A stretch of 62,890 nt of DNA, counting the filler, from Octopus bimaculoides (lineage: Eukaryota): assembly GCF_001194135.2 (NCBI RefSeq). It is 3 parts of 2 records of this genome, joined end to end, with 100 filler letters (N's around TTAATTAATTAA, not from the genome) between each part and the next. Parts side by side here need not be neighbours in the genome. Positions count along the whole stretch, not along the records: positions 19,171 to 40,317 come from NC_068983.1; 2 more parts are not named here. The stretch is one strand, 5' to 3'. Shown here in pieces: positions 23,730-36,450 of the stretch. A program made the position numbers and the translations under genes. Position 1 is the first letter of the stretch; each line of letters opens with the position of its first letter. The notes under the pieces were generated by a model. That model was not told where the DNA came from and did not search any database. It was given only the letters and a program-made list of their open reading frames with translations.

Positions 23730-25690
23730 TTCAACCATGTTTCGTGGTCTGCTACCACAACAGCTCCTTTATAGGATCCAGTTAGCTCAAGACATCATCA
23801 GGAGGAACCACGTCTGGTTTCGGCCCCTATTCCTCTACCGTTTTGACGTGACGGGACCCCTCCTTTCNNNNNNNNNNNNNNNNNNNNNNNNNNNNNNNNN
23901 NNNNNNNNNNNNNNNNNNNNNNNNNNNNNNNNNNNNNNNNNNNNNNNNNNNNNNNNNNNNNNNNNNNNNNNNNNNNNNNNNNNNNNNNNNNNNNNNNNNN
24001 NNNNNNNNNNNNNNNNNNNNNNNNNNNNNNNNNNNNNNNNNNNNNNNNNNNNNNNNNNNNNNNNNNNNNNNNNNNNNNNNNNNNNNNNNNNNNNNNNNNN
24101 NNNNNNNNNNNNNNNNNNNNNNNNNNNNNNNNNNNNNNNNNNNNNNNNNNNNNNNNNNNNNNNNNNNNNNNNNNNNNNNNNNNNNNNNNNNNNNNNNNNN
24201 NNNNNNNNNNNNNNNNNNNNNNNNNNNNNNNNNNNNNNNNNNNNNNNNNNNNNNNNNNNNNNNNNNNNNNNNNNNNNNNNNNNNNNNNNNNNNNNNNNNN
24301 NNNNNNNNNNNNNNNNNNNNNNNNNNNNNNNNNNNNNNNNNNNNNNNNNNNNNNNNNNNNNNNNNNNNNNNNNNNNNNNNNNNNNNNNNNNNNNNNNNNN
24401 NNNNNNNNNNNNNNNNNNNNNNNNNNNNNNNNNNNNNNNNNNNNNNNNNNNNNNNNNNNNNNNNNNNNNNNNNNNNNNNNNNNNNNNNNNNNNNNNNNNN
24501 NNNNNNNNNNNNNNNNNNNNNNNNNNNNNNNNNNNNNNNNNNNNNNNNNNNNNNNNNNNNNNNNNNNNNNNNNNNNNNNNNNNNNNNNNNNNNNNNNNNN
24601 NNNNNNNNNNNNCTGACAATGGAAGGCGCGAAGCCACTTCAGTGTCAGCCTGTCTCACCAAGGCATGTTATGACTTTCAAGCCATATTTGGTCTTCCCGC
24701 TTCAGCCATATATAGAAGCTGGCTTTTTCGACCGCCTCTTGTATCCTCCTTATCAGTTTTCTCAGTTCCGAGCTTGAAAACGCAAATCTTCTCTTGAATA
24801 GCGCTGTCATTTTCCTTTCAATGAAGCCTCTAGCCCCCACTGCCAGATCGTAGTACTCGACAGTCCATCCCTGTTCTCTGCACTCTTCGATTAGTTTCTC
24901 GTATTTCTTCTCCTTTCGTTTCTCTGCATTGTCGATATTCTCTTCCCATGGTACTGTTAGATCTAGCAAGATTCCTATTCTCCGTTCTGTGTTCCATATG
25001 ACTAAGTCTGGTCTTTTTGTTGTTTTTATAAGTGGAAAAATTGCTAGACTTCCCAAATCCGTGGCCAGCTCCCAGTATCCCTTCCATCTTTCATCTATCT
25101 CATATATTTNNNNNNNNNNNNNNNNNNNNNNNNNNNNNNNNNNNNNNNNNNNNNNNNNNNNNNNNNNNNNNNNNNNNNNNNNNNNNNNNNNNNNNNNNNN
25201 NNNNNNNNNNNNNNNNNNNNNNNNNNNNNNNNNAGAACGTCGAAGGTAGACTTGATCAGGAAGACTGTTCTTGCTTGTTCCCAAGCCCAAAGTTCCTTCC
25301 ATGAGATTCTGCGACTGCCCACGTTTTCCTCCCATCTCAGGCACTGCCCCTGTTGACTACATTGCACCAAATGTACCTTTTGCCTTTCTTCTTCCTCCTT
25401 TTTCACTTCGTGTACCACTGCCTCTTTCATCTCTGTTATACTGCTCTTGCAAAATGGCCTGAAATTGCGCGTCCCTAGGCCGGCTCTTGCTTCTTGCGTT
25501 GCTCCAACTATATCGGCATGTCTTCTTTCAGAAGGCATTTGAACGATTGAAGGTCTCTAAATATCAAATTGTTACAATAGAATGCCACCCTTCTTCCCAA
25601 CTAAGAAGGTGGTATATGTGGAAGCTGCAAGTATCAATCATTAGTTTTCTCTCCAGACCGAGATTTAGGACATGGCCTTATAGGATCTAC
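23730..25690 (-). mobile_element. HERO-like non-LTR retrotransposon 3' portion, gapped
   Basis: HADIVGATQEARAGLG...ISWKELWAWEQARTVFLIKSTFDV, then TTKRPDLVIWN...LLDLTVPWEENI...VGARGF...VEKASFYIWLKRED; probable 3' UTR at 23730-23867. Confidence 0.85.
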
Positions 25691-25707
25691 ATATAAATAA
25701 CAATATA

Positions 25708-26601
25708 CGTAGTCTAATCAATAAGCATCCGGGCTGTTGCTATAGTAACGAAGCTAAAGCATGCAGATTGAAGCTGCTGAGCACAAATTGACCTTGGACT
25801 CTGCTGTGCATGTGTACTAAGTTTTAACGTTCTAGCTCATTTCTGCTGTTTACAGCAGTGCTTGGAAGGAACGTGTGTAGCGTGTCATCATCACATTGAC
25901 AATAACAGAGAAAGCTGAGCAGAGAATCTGCATCAAAGTTTGCCAAAAGCTTGGCGATACCTGCACAGAGGCCGACGCAAAGCTTTCAAAAAGTTTTCAT
26001 CGTTCTAGACACAATCAAGGAGATCTTGTGCTGCTGAAATTCAAGTGTCTTCTTGGTCAGCTGAAAGCAGTCTTGGCACAAACGTGGCAGACACACGTCT
26101 CATACCCAAATCTTCAGTGATAATGGACTGAACTGAACCGTAACTAATCTGTACATCCTCTGATAACTCACAGATGATGATTCGACGATTTTCCCCCACA
26201 GCTGCATGCACATCTGCAATGTTTTTCTCAGTTCCGCTGGTTGCGGGTCTCCCAGAACGTTTGTCAATATCGACATTTTTCAGCCATCTTGGAAACGTCT
26301 GAACCACTCGTACACTTGTGTGTGGCTCATACACTCCTCTCCATACGCTTTCTGCAACTTTGCGTAGGCCTCTAAGCAGGTATCGCCATGACAACTTTCT
26401 CTGTCATGGATAATGCGGCGAGCACACGCTACATACCTTCTTTCCAAGCACTGCTGTAAACAGCAAAAGTGAGCTAGAACGTTAAAACTAAGTGTGCATG
26501 CACAGCAGAGGTTAAGGTAAATTTTTGCCAAGCGGCTTCACCCTACGTGCTTTAGCTTGGTTACTATAGTAACAGTCCAGATACTTATTGATCAGACCTC
26601 G
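25708..26601. mobile_element. Mariner-derived fold-back element with two left ends
   Basis: TA at 25706-25707 and 26602-26603; inverted arms of about 290 bp; transposase N-terminus on both strands (EKAEQRICIKVCQKLGDTC on +; YEWFRRFQDG...RSGRP...LGMRRVSATFVPRLL on -). Confidence 0.88.
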
Positions 26602-26619
26602 TATATTAACTCGACGAGT

Positions 26620-28010
26620 TGAATGCTTATTTAGTGACCTTCATGACCAACTTCTCAGAGCAATTAAGTGTGTTCATCGAGTGAGTTGTACCAGATCTCC
26701 AGATTTACGAAGAATTTCTTACGCTGCTTTCTATTCATGACAAAAAAAAACAAAAAAACAAAGAAACTGTCATATATATTTCATGAATTTCGTGCAAGCC
26801 TTCAACAAGTATATCTGTATCCATCAAAGATGTTTTTGATTATCACAGACAGAGATCCTTCCATGCTTAGACAGAAACGAAGAACTTCAAGGACTTCTTG
26901 CCTGATGTCGAGCAGAGGACACACTCCTATAACATGGCGCCACTGCACTGTACACCATGAAAATATCATTGCTAAGTCACTGAAAATTGACAAGGTCACA
27001 GAGGCTGCAATATCAGCGTAAATTTGATTTGTGCAAAAACTCTGCACCTTCTGGCAGATATTGATGTTCACCATGGAAACGTGCTCATGTACACTGCTGT
27101 ACGATATTAAGCTGTACCACATGTATCATTAGGTTATACAAACGTCTAGAAATCAAAGCTTTTGCTGAACCTAGCACCGAAGAATAGATTGTTGATTAGG
27201 CTTTCTTGGTTGATATCAATGCACACCTTTCTATTTTGATCCGCATCCTACAAGGTAGGAACAAGCTCTGCTATAAATTGTACATCACAGTGTCTGCCTT
27301 CTTTGCAAAACTTCACCTTTGAAAGACACAAATTGAACGTGACATACGACCCACTCCTCTCACTTTCTGAACACTAGGGCCATGGATCATACAATAAATA
27401 CAATAGGAGTATTAGTGACTTAACTGACAAATTTGAACGCCCTTTTGATGACACCAAGGATTCCTTACTCTTACTGAAAATATTTTCAGCGCGTATGGAG
27501 ATAGATGTGGCAACCGCTCCAGAAGAATCTCAAATGGAGTTCCTGGACTTGCAGTCAGATGTGGAGTTGACATCCGCATTCAAGTTTAGTCAGCTACTTG
27601 ACTTCTGAAGTTGAATAACGGAGAGGAAATATCCTAACTTGGTTGCTAATGCACAGAAAAATACCTCTGCATTCAGTTCAACATATGTGTGAGTAACACT
27701 TTTCAGCAAACTGATAAGCATCAACGCAAAATATCGCAACCAATTGGCTGACCATCATATCAACCAGCTTTTGCGTACTGCATCTTTCACCACGAGCCCT
27801 CGTTTTGACAAACTAATTGAAAGAAGAAAGCAAAATCAAGTTTCCCATTAAATTCCATCGCACAACTATTTTTTGTAACAGTCTTCCCTCTATAAATATA
27901 ATAAAATTTTTCTTTAATTGAGTTGATTTTTTTTACTTCTTTTGGTGTGCTCCCCCACCAAATCCAGATTTTGGATCTTGCCCAGGTATTAAAAAGATTG
28001 AAAACAGCAG
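26620..28010 (+). mobile_element. hAT (Charlie/Buster-like) transposase fossil
   Basis: ITDRDPSML...RHCTVHHENIIAKSL, then QMEFLDLQSD...YPNLVANAQK...FSSTYV...NQVSH* (dimerization domain); Charlie-like right end near 28000. Confidence 0.75.
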
Positions 28011-31000
28011 TGTCTATGCTGTCTCTGTCAATATTTTTTTGTCATACAATTGTTTCAGGACCAGTTAAATTATTCCCATTTCACTGCCCTTCCCCCAATC
28101 CTTCCCACAGAAAAGGTTTGGCCTTGAGTTTGATTCTTTTACGTATTTATTTACGTCTGTCACGGTGTATGGACGTTTTGCGTAAATAGGCACGCATAAA
28201 TTGAACTTGTCTTTGACCGATCTTGGCTATCTTTGTGCAGAGAGTTTTCATTCAAGAATGACAAAATTTGTAGCGAAGATCTCAACTTCTATCTCTCTCC
28301 GGTTACTTTTCCTAAAAGTCAAATCCAAATCTGATGAGTCAAACTGTTTAATTTTGTTATTTTAGTGTTGTGCCTGTTTTGAACCAATAAAGATAGTTGT
28401 TTCGTGTTTTGGTCAGAAACAGCTTTTGTGGGGACCTGAACATCATAAATAACATTTATATTTGAAGTGAAGACCAGATCGAAAACGTCTCTCAAATCGA
28501 ACAGGAAATAATATTTTGCTTAAGAAGAGTTTTAGTGGCATTAAGAAAAGCTTCCATATTGTTCCAGTTTAACACCATATGACCTGAATTGATGTATCTC
28601 ATTAAAATTATATTGACCTGTAGGTCAATATAATTAATAGTTTGACTTATGCGTGATAAACTATTACTGGAGTATTCTGCATAATCAACTGCATCAGATG
28701 GTCAGTAGGTAATGCCTATGAGTAGATCGAAGTCTCTCAGACAAATTACTTGTGTATTACACACTGTGATGAAGTAAGAAATGAGGATATTCGTTGCTGA
28801 ACCTTCATGTATGAAAAGTGTTCAAGGTTGCGTATTTTGCAATCAATTTTTGTCGTACGTACTGCGACATGTACACCTCTTCACTTAATATATTTGGTAC
28901 CAGGCGTGTTTCTGTGGGTACCACACACATTGTCTTTTCCATGAATACAAGGATTCTGAAGTATGCCGTTTTTTCTTGATGTGCGGCGCGTGAAGGAACT
29001 TGTACATTTCAGGTTATTATCGAATTGAGAGTAATCGTCTGTTTCAATTGAGGTGGCTACAGTTGAATCGGAGTGTAAAGTAAAGACACTGTTAAATGCA
29101 TGCCTTGCAAGATGGTTATATATTCGGTCTATATCTTTTGGTTTGGCTGATGTTTTTTTCTGTTTGCTGATTCAACATCCTTAAAAGACTGGTTGCTGAT
29201 CCTGCATCACCTAATTTTATTGCCGATGGAGTCTGGCATGGAAGAGAAGTCTGATTTGGACGGCTGTTAGTCTTGTGAAAGATTGTTGTGCTGATTCAAT
29301 ATCTTTGATATGTATTTGAGAGTAATCTGCTTTAAAGTATCCTTTTCTTCTCAGTTATTTGTGACATTTTTGGATGAAAATATTTGCATATTGTGTCGGG
29401 TAAATCCTCAGTGACCTTTGTTTCTCTACTTTTAATTACGTACTGTATGTCTTGGGTTATCTGTATTAACACTTTTAGCCAGAAATTCTATATCTGCATA
29501 ACTTTAATTTATTGTATTTGCAAACCAAGTTCCACCTCTTAGTATTATTTCAATTCGTTGGGTTTGTATTAATTCTAATATTTAACTGATTTAAGTTTGT
29601 GGTGTGAAGGTTTGAGATTTGAAGATATGTTGTGGTCGGTCTTGTGCTAGTCTTTCCTAATTATTTGTAAATGATAAGCTTATATTTGTACGTGTGTCTC
29701 CAGTGTGAATATTTGTCTGAGTTGATGTCGATGAAAAGAATACAAATTCTGTTGAAATTTTTAAGTTTTAAATATTTTTATCTTTAACACACTGCATATT
29801 GTTGTTACCATGACAGATAAGTTATTTACACCAAGTCAGATAACTGAAAGTTTAAGCCCAATATAAAACATTTATATAAATGTTTTATGCTGGGCTCAAG
29901 CATGTTCCTCTCAAGAATTGTGTTCTTGTTTCAGATATTTTGGACCCTCTTATTTAAAATTTGATATTTGATGGAAATCTTCAGACAGAGGTAGCTAATC
30001 GAACTAACTTTACTACGGTACACTGATACAGTGCTAATGGGTCACTATGTAGTGGACTCCAGTTCGTTACATCTGAGTGGGAGTAAGCAAATATGCTGCC
30101 TGAGCATGAGCTATATTCAGCACATCAATCCTATTTGAGTATTATATTGAGATAGGCTAAATATAATCTGTTCATGCAACTCACATTAGTCCCTTTCTTT
30201 TAAAAGTTTAAGAAGCCTGATATCATATATACGATCTAATACTTTTGTTAGAGAGGTCAGAAAAAGTAAGCGCTAAACGTATGAGCCCACTCCCAGTTGA
30301 GTTACAGTCTCCTGTCTCAAAACGTATTCTCAGAGTTGACCATTCAATCACGTCATACAAACAATTCAGAAACAAACAAATTTTCAGCAAATTTACTGGA
30401 GAACATTAATTTCCACTATGCTCCCATTTTTCTTTCTTTTTTGTTTTTAGAGATATTTGTTGAAGTTGAGGGAAGATTTACCGAAGGAAAATGCCATGTC
30501 CTCAATCCCCTCAATCTTGCCGACCACACTGATGTAAACATCTGACAAAATAGCGGTCTTCTCTTTCAAAGGCAGGCGGTGAGGGCGATTATAATGGACA
30601 AGATTAAGAGCTCTGTCCGTCCAGCTTCAACATGCAACTCCGCGTATCTCGGGCAGAACCAACTGACATACTCGATAGACTACCTATAAAAATGAATGTC
30701 TATGTTCATATTATTTAATAGCCATGCATTTTTCACGAGTGAAAATAGTAAATTGCCTACAACTTAGAATAGAAATTGAATAGGACAATCTAGAAACTTT
30801 GCCGATAGTTTTATAGCCCAGGACAGCAAAAGATAAAAAAGACAAAATATAAATTGAAAAGGATATGGGAAGATCACTGTGTTACTGAAACTAATTGTGA
30901 TAATGCTTGTAATGATACCGGTGATGATTAACAAAAGAATATTAATAAGTATCTCTAACATTGCGCAAGTCAATAATTGTTGTCAATCTAGTGTGGACTA

Positions 31001-33077
31001 TTCAGCTGATCAACTACATTATTTGACTGGTGTTATACTATCCACAGAGGAGGAATATCAGAAGTCGATATGTAGGGAATTTGAACGAGAATGGAGCGAG
31101 ATGTAACTTTATACTGCAAAACACTTACTCCAAACGCACCGTTTCTGTTATCTACCACACTAAAGAATTCAATTTGACTGAAGGGAATCGAATTCAATAG
31201 CTTTCGTTTTTCTGGCAAACTTGGTGCGAATATTATGAATAATAAATGGTAGTTAGCGTTAAAAAAAATAGGGCAAAAGTGTTTAATTTAGAAAATAACG
31301 CTAGAAATTAGATAATGAAAGGATTGACTGGAAGAGATATTTTCGAAAGACATCAGTACCCCATGTGCTATTGGCTGTAATGATCGTTGACAATTTCTTC
31401 AAAGCTCGTCACAAAAGCTAAATTTTTATGACCAGGTTCATATTTTACAGCACGAAGAACGAAAGTATTTTGAAGACCATAGCTTGCAGACGAGCGATTT
31501 GGCAACAGAGCTTTGATACTGTGCCCCATTCCAACATATATGTGCAGCCTTTCATCTGAATCTTACTGAAAGGGTGACTGGAAACTGATTTCAAAACCCT
31601 ACCACGACGATTTTCCACAACGCTTCACAGAAAGATAAAATAGTGCGAAAAAAAAACACATAAAAATAGCATGCACGATGAGGAAATATCTGAAAATGGA
31701 TAGTCTGCTTTACAAGTACTATTTGAACCTTCCAAACTTGTTATTTGTCAATGCATACAACAATTGACAGCTACTCGGAGGCACTCCAAGTAATATGAAC
31801 TTGAAAGTGGACGATATCATGAGGAAGACTACACGCAAGTTGAAGATATAGTTCTTTGGCCATAACTTTGCAAAATGCAAAGTAAAGATTAGTGATGGTT
31901 TAGTTGTGTCATCGTAGTTGGACAACCTTGTGCGAATTCGCGAAGAGTTGATTATAAAAAATATCCTACTCTTGTGAAATACCGCAGAAATATTAGGCTT
32001 GGTTTCTATGGGATATAATCAATTTAGATCGATAGGAAATGTTAACAGGAGTGGAAATCACTTCAGATTTCCCACATATTGTTCCTATTTTCCTTTGTTT
32101 ATAATAATACAGTACAAATCCTGTAGTACGATCAATTATATAGCACACTCACGTTTTGCAACATTTGTGGCTTCGTGTCAGCTTAAGAAATAATTAACAT
32201 CGTTCTGTCGTTTTTTATCATCATCATAAAAATTTTACATATTCCTGTTTATCCGTGTTCAAATTCTGTTTCTTTAACTTAGATTTTTTTCTTCTAATTT
32301 GCATTTTCCCTTCTTCCTTTCTGCTTCAAATAGAGGCATGGAACAAGAGGCTAGATTTACGGGAAAAGCTTCGCTCAATTTCTATTCCGAACTGTAGCTA
32401 ATTAAAATTGCAAAGATATTTAAACGTGTATCATAGCAAATTTTCCTCATTTCATTTTCAGTCTTGTAATACAATCTTTTATGCCAATCTGAAACAATTT
32501 CGAAAAGCATAACTTTTAGTTAAATTCACTTATTGTATACATATAATCATCTATGAAGCTATTCTAATGATATATATGATTGTAACAATATATTGAATTG
32601 CGTGTGCTGATGGAAAGTGTCATTTATGTACAAAATATATGGTTCACTTGATTTTAGGAAAATTTTAATTCTCACACTATTGTTTATACTGATCACTAAT
32701 TACCTCTATGCCCACAGAAAAAACAAAGTAAAGCAACGATGTTACTTTGTTATCGGGGAGCAAAAAAGGAAAAGAAACTGATGTGACGAAGCCAAAGTAT
32801 AGCAAAATTATATTAACAGCTAAAACGAAATAAATGTAATTCTGAATCAGGAACTAGAAATACAAAATTGTTCGGTGTTGTTGGCTATGAGCAGCGTTCA
32901 ACCGTTGGTCGGATTTCGTGCCTAGCCCGGTGATAAAATGATGCTATTGTACGTTAAGTGTTGCGTTAATCTTGATGAAGCAGAATATCACTAATAAAAG
33001 ATGTGTAAGAGGATTTCCCTGCTGAATATATATTTTATTGAACGATTTCAGTTTGGTGAACTAATAAATAAATAATA

Positions 33078-34070
33078 CAGTTCTATATTTAAGAGATGAG
33101 GAATTATGTACATTATTTACAATTGACAGATATTTGTCTTCATCTTGCTTGTTGTTAACACAACATTTCGGCTGATATACGCTCCAGCCTTCATCAGGTG
33201 TCTTGGGGAAATTTCGAACCTGGGTTCTTATTCCTAAGGTACTTTTCAATGTTATTATTATTATTATTATTATTCAGGTCACTGTTTGGGATCGTACTCA
33301 GAATTTTGGGGTTAGTAGCTCGCGCCCTTAACCATTACGCCATATGCCCGTGGGCATTTATGGAGTGAATTTTAGGGCTTATAAATCTAATATTTTTCTA
33401 TCCTTCCTTAATATCAGTTCCCATATGCTGTTCATATCTGCACTCGGTCTACTTAGGAGGTTGTTGTGTCCTAGCATATGTGCTGCATCTTTTAGTTTTC
33501 GTATCTTCCAGTGGTGTGCTCTGTCTATTATTTTAAAACCATCAATAGAAGAGAATATCACCAAGAACTGCGTGTACTCCATCCCATGCAGCTGTGGTAG
33601 GTTATACAAACGCGAAACATGCCCTCCCACCTCAAAATAAGGGTAGAGGAACACCGCAAAACTGTGACACTGGGAGATATTCATAAATCGGGTATAGCTG
33701 ATCATGCATGGAAATATAGAGACCACCTCCCCCTGTGGGATGAAGTTAAAATAATAGACAGAGAACACCAATGGAAAATACGAAAACTAAAAGAAGCAGC
33801 ACATATGCTAGGACATAATAACCTCCTAAGCAGACCGAGTGCAGATATGAACAGTATATGGGAACCGGTATTAAGGAAGGATAGGAGAATATTAGACTTA
33901 TAAGCCCCAAAATTCACTCCATAATAGCCCACTGACATATAGCGTAATGGTTAAGAGCGCGGGCTACTAACCCCAAAATTCCGAGTTCGATCCCAGGCAG
34001 TGACCTGAATAATGATAATAATAATAAAATCGAAAAATACCCAGATTCGAAATTTCCCCAAGACACCTGA
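33078..34070. mobile_element. Penelope-like element: GIY-YIG 3' end flanked by inverted terminal repeats
   Basis: + strand VYSIPCSCGRLY...LKIRVEEHRK...SGIADHAW...IIDREHQWKIRKLKEAAHM, stop at 33901-33903; 33195-33537 is the inverted copy of 33746-34070. Confidence 0.9.
33156..33203 (-). ncRNA. Minimal type I hammerhead ribozyme in the Penelope terminal repeat
   Basis: GACAC CUGAUGA A GGCUG-loop-CAGCC GAAA UGUU / GUGUU: both core boxes intact, helix II 5 bp, helix I GACAC:GUGUU, loopless helix III. Confidence 0.75.
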
Positions 34071-34081
34071 AATATTTCTCA

Positions 34082-34625
34082 TACGCACCTCTTTAAATTC
34101 ACTCCATACTGCTTTTATGGTCATTTAGTTTGGACTAAATTGGCTTTACAACTACGTACCGTAGTCTTGGGCCGACCAACGCTATGTGAATGAATTTAGC
34201 TGACGGAAACTCTGAAGAAGCCAGTCATATATGAGTGTGTGCGCGCGCGTATGTATGTACGCACCTCTTTAAATTCACTTCATACTGCTTTTATGGTCAT
34301 TTAGTTTGGACTAAATTGGCTTTACAACTACGTACCGTAGTCTTGGGCCGACCAATTTATTTTCCACATGTGCGTGTGTGTGCGTGCATGTATATATGTA
34401 CATGTATGTGTGTGTGTGCGTGCATGTATATATGTACATGTATGTGTGTGTGTGCGCTCCCGCACCTGCGTGTCGTTATGCCTGTGTTTGTCACCTACCA
34501 CCGCTTGACAACTGCTAACAATAGTAAGTACTGGGGTTGATTTGTTCAGTTAAAATTTTTCAAGGCGGTACTCAAGTGCGACTGCAGTCTTATAACCGAA
34601 ACAAGCAAAAAGTAAATAGTAAAAG
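34082..34625 (+). mobile_element. Degenerate SINE family A with a 98-bp direct duplication
   Basis: 34082-34179 equals 34258-34355 with one mismatch; SINE A motifs GTAGTCTTGGGCCGACCAA, CCGCTTGACAAC, GAAACAAGCAAAAAG. Confidence 0.7.
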
Positions 34626-34969
34626 ATTAGGTTGGGAAGAAAGACTTGTCGCAGTTTGACCTTTTCAATACTTACGGTAAAATACGCATTGATTTTTACA
34701 TTCTGTTATTTGCTTTCTTTCTTCGCTGTAGATTACTTTACACCAGAGCGGTTAGATTTGCGTTAATTTTACTCTTTTAAAATTAGTTTAGATCAAACCC
34801 ATCTCAGACACTCTCTACTCTATGAATTCAAAAGAGACTCTTTAGCTGTGTAAGTGGCAAGAAATATTCATTCTCTCTATAGAGAAGAAGCTTTAAGTGT
34901 CAGGATATGCCATCGCTTATTTGACAAGATTTGCTAGGGAAATTTTTCTCTCGCAGACTCCCTACGACC

Positions 34970-35650
34970 TGAATGACCAAGTTCTGTCAATGCTGAGCTT
35001 CGGAAAAACCGTAGTTGAAGAAAATTCAAAGCACACTGAAAGAGAATTAACAGAATTCTTCAATTTAAGTCACACTTCGAACATAAAATACCCTCATGAA
35101 GTAGGGAATCTGCGAAAGTTTGGTCAGGTAATCCAAGTGTGCCTCTGCCTGTTATTGAAGAGAAGACGTGCGACGAAGCCTTTCCAAGGTAGAGCCATCA
35201 TATGTCATGAAGAGTGGTTTCTCTATAATCACATCCAACAAATATGGCGATGGTCAGCGCCCAATGAAAAGGGCAATTAATCCCTAAACCAAGACTACAC
35301 CGGAAAAAAAGTTATACTCAATGTTTGGTGGGATATAAAAGGTGTCGTCTATCATTAAGTACTAAAATATACAGCCAAAAGAAAATACTTAATGTAGTAT
35401 TATTGTCAATCGGGAACATTGCATAGAAATTTGCAGAAAAGCGCCCATAATAAATCGTAAAGGAAAGTTGCTCTTACACGATAAGATGTGACCACAAATT
35501 GCTTAAGTCATTCAGGGAAAGATTATGGCACTAAATATGGAAGTTTTTGCTTCATACAACATTCTCTTCAGTTTTTTGTCAGATTATTGCAGCGTTATTT
35601 AGATGGAAAACAAGTTTATTATTTGTGAAGAGGTTGTGAAGAGTTGCGTG
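34970..35650 (+). mobile_element. Mariner transposase fossil
   Basis: VVEENSKHTERELTE, IICHEEWFLYN, KKVILNVWWDIKG, NRKGKLLLHD are decayed mariner motifs. Confidence 0.75.
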
Positions 35651-35654
35651 CACA

Positions 35655-35793
35655 ACTGGTACTTATTTATCGACCCCGAAAGGATGAAAGGTAAAGTTGA
35701 CCCCGGTGGAATTCGAACTCAGAACGTAAAGACGGATGATATGCCGCTAAGCATTTCGTTCGAGTTTGTTAACGATTTGCCGGCTCACCACCT
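35655..35793 (-). mobile_element. SINE family C
   Basis: CTGGTACTTATTTATCGACCCCGAAAGGATGAAAGG...GAACTCAGAACGTAAAGACGG. Confidence 0.8.
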
Positions 35794-35869
35794 TACACAT
35801 TATAAATAATAGTATGTAAATATTGGGTTCTACTTCGAGATCTAGTTACAAAAAAGAATTAACAAATAT

Positions 35870-36450
35870 CTGTTTATTGACCAGACTATAGATGTCCTTA
35901 TACATTACTGCTCATAATATGCTTCCATTTTCCCCCACAATGTTGTCCTTCTCTTCCATTTGGGTGTAAATGTTTCGACTGTGTCGTTTCCCTGTTGCCT
36001 TGGAGGTCTTTTGAGTGGTCTCTTCCTATTTCCTTGATACCATTCAACAACAGTATGGGTCCAATAGTTATCTATGAGCCTTGTGACTTGTTACGTCCAA
36101 TGAAACTTGTTCTTTCTGTATTCCGATATCACAGTACACTCCATTTCGTTCTCGAATTACTCGTATTTCTTGTAGGTAACGAGAGCACACATTGGCTTCC
36201 TCGTAGGCTTCCTTTTCTCCAATGTAAGTGGTACTATTTCAGCTTTAGCATGTTGGTTTTCGAAGCCATCAAGTACTTTTCTGTTCCGGGTTCCTTACTT
36301 GTTATTTTATTGAAGCTTAGTTTTTGATATTACATTGATTCTTATACTGTTTGCTAATTTTCACCTTCATTAATGTATAATATAATTTTCGACTACTCCC
36401 AAGTACTTGTATAATCCTTCAATTTCAATTTCGAAACATAAGTCATTCTG
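35870..36450 (-). mobile_element. Decayed LINE fragments (RTE-like 3' part, R4-like YKYLG part)
   Basis: YKYLGVVEN at about 36400; FHW...DNYWTHTVVEWY...KRPLKRPPR at about 35990-36120. Confidence 0.45.

Noticed and set aside
23760-23830. GAAA...CTGATGA on the minus strand as a type II hammerhead
   Set aside because: Helix II cannot form (GGCC versus UGUC); better explained as a HERO 3' UTR motif
28700-29800. Possible decayed LINE/PLE coding remnant on the minus strand
   Set aside because: No diagnostic motif could be read with confidence
31400-31700. Possible Tc1-type DDE remnant (SLHLNLTE resembling SPDLNPIE)
   Set aside because: Single weak motif with no supporting TIRs
33935-34005. tRNA gene call
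   Set aside because: A and B boxes are present but the acceptor stem is not complete, no oligo-T terminator follows, and it is embedded in a repeat; treated as tRNA-like
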